Shown piece by piece: positions 57,195 to 64,000 of a DNA stretch of 64,000 nucleotides. Origin of the DNA: Amoebidium appalachense. Lineage: Eukaryota > Protista > Ichthyosporea. Each line of letters begins with the position of its first letter. Within the stretch, counting starts at the first letter, position 1. A program made the position numbers and the translations under genes. The notes beneath the pieces were generated by a model. That model was not told the origin of the DNA and did no database searches. It worked only from the letters and a program-made list of their open reading frames with translations. The DNA is taken from assembly GCA_963693365.1 (NCBI GenBank), contig CAVNZM010000002.1, positions 15,781,615-15,845,614 of the forward strand. Direction: 5' to 3'.

Positions 57195-58098
57195 AGGGGG
57201 GTGGGGGGTGAGGGGTGGGTGGGTGGGTGGGTGGGTGGGTGGGTGGGTGGGTGGGGGGGGGGGGGGGGGGAGGGGGGGGGGGGCAGGATCACAGGTTATT
57301 CGGCAAATGAAGCAGCAATGAATTACGATTTGCGTTGGGGAGGGGGGGGGGGGGGGGGGGTACGAGAGTAAGAGGTGGGGGGAAAGAGACAGGGGGGGGG
57401 GGGGGGGGGGGAAGTACGAGCAAGGGTTGGCGGGGGGGGGGGGGGGGGGAGGTTTGTAAGGGTTGGAGGGGGTGGGGGGGAGGGGGGAGGTGGGTAAAGG
57501 TTTCAGTCCTGAGCAGATCATGATATCATAACTTATGATTTAAGCTCAGACATACAGAAACGTGGCATCCAGTACCATACAGCAACTTGATACTGGTGCT
57601 ATATTATCATCTTTAAAAACACACACACATACAATGACGTGTCTAAATGATACATGTTGTCAAAATGAAGAAAACTTGGTGTTAGTCTACATTTGTATCT
57701 CTAGTTATGTGTTTTTGTAGTTAAACATGGAGTGAACTAACTATGAGAGTCCTGCAGGGGTTATGCATGTGGGAATGTTTGTGTGTGTGTGTGTGTTCGT
57801 ACTAAATCTAATCAAACATCATGCAAGTAAACACATTTTGACTATTAATAATCTAGTTATCCCTCCCCTTCCCCCCCTCCCCCCCCCCCTTCCAACAACA
57901 ACAATAACAACAACCGGGAGCCCTCACCCACCATACCACAATTCTATTCGTGTATGGTGCCAACCTCAACGTACTTTTCAGCCACACACATATTTGAAGC
58001 CGACATACCACCATGAGATGAATAGAAACCAACAACCAATCCAATCTACTAGTGTACACATCCACCAATCACATGGTCGTTAAGCAAAAACCCACCAA

Positions 58099-59141
58099 TC
58101 AGCACAGCTGAATATCATCCTTCTCCTTAGCCAACATCTCTTCCTCGTCATCTTCCAGAATAATCTCCTGCACTATTTTTGCCCTCAGGATCAATTCCTC
58201 CAATCGCTGCAACCTAGCCGCCATCACCTGTGTTTGTTTAACCTCGCTCATAGCACGAGTCTTCCCCCTGTTTGCTTTAACGATCGCTTGAGCCACCGTC
58301 TTATGCTTGCGCATGGCCTTAAAGCAATACGACGCGATGACCGCACCAAAAAAAGGAAAATATCAACAGAATGTACGAATAACTGACCGTGCAGCTCCCC
58401 GGATTGTAGATCGCCTGATCTGGTCCACACAGCAATCCCTGATCGCTGATATAACCATAGACCCCACCTGTCCGATTAACACCCATGTTTTCCCACCCGA
58501 ACGGGAAAAGAAAAATTACAAACAAAATTTGGAATGACGACACACTCATGTACAGGGACGAGATTCCATCGTGTCGCGATTTGTCAACGGTCACGGCGCC
58601 CATGGTCATAGCAACCAATGAGATTGCAGAGAATGCGCATGCGAGAACCAATAGGACGAGGCAAAGCGAGAAGATGGGGTGTGGCCAGTCCTCGATCAGT
58701 TGGGTACCGTAGGTGCCGCAGTAGCTGCCTGGGTAGATGGTGTAACGCCCGAGGTTGGGGTCATACACACCCTGGGGGAAGGGGAAGGTGTGGAAGCATG
58801 GTCAGTAACAATTTCTGTGTATGAGCACATTTGTGTGCGTGTGTGTTGGGTGGGGAGAGGGGGAGGGGGGGGGACAACATAGTGGGTGGGTGTAGGGTTT
58901 TTTGGAGTCGATAGCAACTTGCATATGGCATTCAAACCAGGCTAAATAATGGTGGTGGTGGTGGTGTGGTGGTTTTTTGGTGGGGCTGGGAAGGGGAGGG
59001 GGGGGGGAGGAGGGGGGGGGGGGGGGAGGAATGGCTGAGGCAAGGGATGGGCAGCGCCATGCCGGGAGGAGCGCGGTTGCTTGGGCATGGGGAAAAGTAG
59101 GGGAAAGGGAGGAGGGGAGAGAGGGGTAGAGGGGTGCAGGT

Positions 59142-59183
<42 letters not shown>

Positions 59184-62100
59184 TCGGATGGAGGGTAAGG
59201 GAGCTAATACCTGAGGCACGTCCACACATGTGTTGAGGAGACCAAAATGGGCGTAGTATGGTTGCGTGCTATTGGATGGCAGAGTCATGGTGCCGGGACG
59301 GGTGAGCCAATTGGACGATGTTAAAGACACACACAGCAACACAAAGGTTAGCAGCGTGCACACGGTACCCGCTACACGGTGGGCGCTCCGGTCGAAAACT
59401 TGCCATATAAGGGAACTACCATAATGGGGCGTGTATAGGAGATAGAAAACGAGAGAGAGTGCCATTTGGATAATGGATGGAGAGGCCACGGCGAGAGAGA
59501 TCCAAATGAAATCGCTCAGTTTCGGCCCGTGGCACAAAACGAGGCCCAATCCGACGTTTGCAAGGGCAAGGGCGTAGTTTATGCCCATACCCACACGTTT
59601 CATATGCTTCATTTTCTCGTCTCTTTTTTCTTTGCTGATGCTATCCATTTGATCCGAAGGCCGATTTCCCCACGTCAAATCCCATGTTCGGGAAAATGCG
59701 TATGCGGCAAACCATGCCACGAAAGTTGGGAGGAAGAACATGAAGGGGAAGAAGGTGGTGAGCATCAGAACGAGGGAGTCGGTGCTGTGGAGAAACGACA
59801 GCAGGAACGGCGTAAACATCACCAGTAGCACTGTGAAAAGGAAAGGAGGGAGGAACTGTCAGACATTTCCTGTATTCAGATGAAGGTTCGAATGCTAAGG
59901 CGACTGCTCAGGCAAGGATGGGGAACGGATGAGGAAGGGGAAGGTGAGCCAGAGGACGACGAGTGGGGGAGAATGGGGGGGAGGGATGGGGTGGAGGAGG
60001 GGGGGGGGGGGGGGGACACGGGTCTGATCTATGATTGACCCCTCCGCTGAGATGTACACATATGGGGGGCAGAAGGGGGGGGGGGGGGGAGGGGGGGGGG
60101 GGGGGGGGGGATGGGGCCAGGGGGGGAAGGGGTGGGGGAGGATGGGGAGGGCTTGGATGGGGAGAATCAACTGGCCTGTTAGCTGGGGGGGAGAGGGGGG
60201 AGGGGATGGGAAACGGATTATGGATGGCGGGGGGTGGTAAAATAAGGGAGGGGGGGCTGCTCTGGAGGGAGGGGATTAAGGGGGAGGGGGAAGGGGGGGG
60301 GAGTGGGGGGGGGGATAAAATTTGATTAAAGACCAGTGCGGGAGAGAGGAGGAGGAGGATAGGGGTGAGGGGAAGAGGGGAAGAGGGGGGGGGGGGGGGG
60401 GAGGGAGGGGCACGTACCAACAGCCAAGACGCCCTTATCCCCAAAAATGATGGCCACGATGATGGCAGCCAGAATGAAGACCAGAAATAAAGCATTGGTA
60501 AACAGCGCCAGGTAGTACAGCCACGGCACAAACTTGTTGCGGGAATGCATTGTGATAAACGCCAAATATAGAATGATGTATATGCTCAGAACCGTATATT
60601 GCGTGATAGTCGCGGCGGTTTGGGGGAGAAAACCAGTTGCGTATACGGCGTAGAAAGCCATAGACATGAAGATTGCCGGGGAGATGGACACGAGCATGAA
60701 CATGAGAAGCTGCAGAAACAGAAGGAACACGGCGGAAACTTTAAAGTACCACGTGTGCGGCGCGTGGATCAGCAGCCCCGGGTTGGTGACAATGAGGTAA
60801 ATATATCCTGCAAACGACCCGTTTGTCCAGCGGCGGCGCTGTGCGATGAACCGGCCCGAATCCGTCTCGGCTTCAAAATAGAACACGGCGTGCGGAACCC
60901 ACATTGTAAATTTACCGGTTTTTAGCGCCGCCGCATAGGACAGAATTCGATCTTCAGCCAGAAGTAGATTTCCCGTCACCATTCCCGTTTCATCGGGGCG
61001 AATATTCACCGTGTCGAAGTAGTAATTTAGGCAATCCCCGGCAATATCCGACATGCGGTACAACCCGCACGGGCCGGGAAGCACTGGTAGCATACCGACC
61101 AATGAAAACGCACCTTGAAAACTTGAAATTGACGCCTCGTAGTCGTATGCCTGTGCGGCGCGGTACCACATAGAGAGGAACCCTTCACCCTCCGACCCTT
61201 GCATGGCGGCACTCATGACACGCTGTCTTCCTGTTGATGCTGCACATTCAGGGTGCGTGTCCATGTACGAAAGGAGATGAATGAGACACTTATCGGCATA
61301 TAACGTGCCGCAGTCGGTGGCGAATGCGTACTCTGCGTTGTAGGCGGGGCAGTACGATTGGAAAAACCACTCGTGGGAGTTATGTTTGCGACGGTTCTCG
61401 CGCTTGATGATGATGGTGAGGTACTGCATGTTGCCGTGCCCAATGTCGACTGTTTGCACGTGGCCCTGTGTTTTTTTTTTTTTGTTCTTGATTAATTAAA
61501 GTCACGTGTGTGAATGTGGTGTCGATGTGACCTAACCTACCGAGCGCCGTTTCAGCACACCAGAGGGCGGCCCCCCGGGGGGGATTCTCAGGGGAGGGGG
61601 GGGGGGGAGGGGAGAAGGAGGGGGAGGGGGGGGGGGGGGGGGTTCGGGGGGGGGGGGGGGGGGTTTGGGAGGGGGAAGGGACAGCGAGAAAGTAGGGGAA
61701 GAAACAGACTGCAAACACTTTTGCACCAAGTGGCTTGAGGGGATTTCTTCCCGTTTGGCTCCTTGTGGCCGCTTTTTTTTTTTTTTTTTTTTTTTTGAGG
61801 GGGGGAGGGGGAGCGAAGGGTGGGTGTGGGACAAAGGGGGGGGGGGGGGGGGGGGGGGGGGGTTGCACCCACATGATTCCACACACAAAGAGCATGCACA
61901 CAGCTGCAAACCCGCAAAGGGTCACAGGTTCTGTTTTTAGGCAGACACTGATGGTCGCCACTGATGGTCGCATGACACACATAAGACTGTATGTACATAC
62001 GTGATAGGAGCACACACGTGCACATGATGGGAGCACACACGTGCACATGATGGGGGCACACACGTGCACATGATGGGGGCACACACGTGCACGTGATGGG

Positions 62101-62315
62101 AGCACATGTGCACGTGACAAGGGGCAAACATGTGCACGTGATAGGGCCACACATGTGCGAGTGGTAGGGGCACACATGCGTACATAGTTAGGGTACACAA
62201 ATGATAGCCTCGTAGTACACACGTGATATGAGCGCACACGTGATAGCAACACACGAAGATGCTCACGGACACCCGCGAGCGCGCACACACGCATGCACGC
62301 GCACGCGCGCGCGCG

Positions 62316-62386
<71 letters not shown>

Positions 62387-62582
62387 GAGCATCGACCCTC
62401 TGCACAATGTATGTCTCGATCACGCTGGAATCTTCCGGAATGGCGTCGATGTGTTCCCACCACGGTGTGTCCCCATTGGCCGGGAACATCTCCTTGATGT
62501 ATGCCTTCATGCTATTGGACGCCTTCCACCAACCATCCATCACTGCAACCACGTGGGTCTCGACTCCCTTCGTTGCTATGTC
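58099..62582 (-). CDS. CHS: Chitin synthase (GT2, division-1-like) fused to a C-terminal LHFPL/claudin-like tetraspan domain; 5' exon(s) not identified
   Basis: Exons 62385-62582, 60418-61465, 59211-59830 and 58099-58771 (one extra base in the A7 run at 58348-58354). Motifs VMDG, KRENRRKHNSH, TDCGT, VLPGPCGLYR, LAEDRIL, QRRRW, TWGNR. Confidence 0.92.
62001..62250. repeat. About 22-bp degenerate minisatellite (gcacacacgtgcacatgatggg) in a chitin synthase intron
   Basis: Seen directly; roughly 10 units. Confidence 0.8.
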
Positions 62583-63001
62583 CTGTGCCTGTGTTTTTTT
62601 TGGTGCGTGTGTGTGTACAGGGGGTAGGGGAATGGGAGGGTATCAGAAAATGGCGAGGGCCCAGCCCGGGAGTAGATTTAATTACAGCTTGGCCTTGGGA
62701 AGCATGTATGTGTGTGTGCGCGCCCGCATGGGCACATTTGCGGCCGAGTGGTTGCAAATATGTATGTGTGTGTCATGCGGTGTGCGTGTGAGCGTATATG
62801 TGCATGCGTGGGCATGCACGAGCATGTGTGTGTGTGTGTGGTGTGTGTGTGTGTGTGTGTGTGTGTTAGGAGGACGCGAGCGTCTTTGTGTGTGTGTGTG
62901 TGCGTGTGCGTGTGCGTGTGCGTGTGCGTGTGCGTGTGCGTGTGCGTGTGCGTGTGCGTGTGCGTGTGCGTGTGCGTGTGCGTGTGCGTGTGCGTGTGCG
63001 T

Positions 63002-63057
<56 letters not shown>

Positions 63058-63252
63058 CACAGTGTGTGTGTGTACGCACACATGGTGGCTGAGATGGGAA
63101 GAGTATGGGTGGGGAAAGAGGGGGAGATATTGCAGTTCCGAGTTTTGTTAATAGCATGTTTTTAAGGGGGGAAAGGGGAAAGGGGGAGGGGGGGTCCCTA
63201 GGCGGAAGGGGTAGAGGGTTGGAGGGGGGGGGGGGGGGGGGGGGGGGGGGAG

Positions 63253-63486
<234 letters not shown>

Positions 63487-64000
63487 CAGGAGGGTGAGAA
63501 GGCATGTACGGCTTAAGGATGGGATCAGAAGGAGAGCATGCTGCTGGTGGTAAACACGGGTGTAGGTGCAATAATAAGTTTGGGTAAAAGGGAACATGCT
63601 GTTGTTGCACACTGGCCATGGTCAAGTTCATGCCCTTGACTCACACAGAAAAACAATCACGTGCACATGTCCAGGAGCATTCTGCCAAATCATTAACTTA
63701 GTAAACACTTTCTGCTATGCCCGGTCATCTGCCGCATGCTGACATTGTGCATGATTCCGGCAAACACTCGCAAGCCAGGTATACATTCACTTGAAATTAT
63801 ACACCTTACCCATATATCAGGCCAATCCCCCCCCACTCTCCCCTCCTTTCCCACCCCATGGCCACCCCACTCCACCTGTCAACAAACGAAATGACGCAGA
63901 ACTCACGTCACGATTACCGCCCATGTTGACATAACACATAATGCTATTCCAACGCCCACCGTGCCTCACGTACAATTTGCATATGCACTAATGCACCGCA

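Noticed and set aside
63901-63960. Possible upstream chitin synthase exon ending at GTGAGT (-)
   Set aside because: Translation lacks the expected N-terminal CHS motif; cannot be supported.

Overview
Intron-rich eukaryotic DNA packed with poly(G)/poly(C) tracts and (CA)n/(GA)n microsatellites; most short ORFs in the supplied track are translations of these repeats. The gene content (Cdc42, a division-1-type chitin synthase, an LHFPL-like domain) suggests a unicellular opisthokont, possibly an ichthyosporean (inference). Spliced genes reconstructed by hand: an orphan 7-TM protein (-, runs off the left edge), Cdc42 (-), a glycerol kinase-like protein with substituted catalytic residues (-), PP1 catalytic subunit (+), GPATCH4/Tma23-like protein (-), a small hydrophobic protein (-) and a chitin synthase (-, 5' end not found). 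Also present: a near full-length APE+RT non-LTR retrotransposon, a TA-flanked MITE, a box C/D snoRNA candidate and two CACGTG-rich minisatellites. Most notable: (1) the chitin synthase is fused to a C-terminal LHFPL/claudin-like tetraspan domain; (2) a family of structured, one-end-truncated elements that mostly end at G/C homopolymers, stacked about 9 deep in one Cdc42 intron with copies in other genes' introns; (3) a probable glycerol pseudokinase. Three +1 homopolymer frame discrepancies may be assembly errors.
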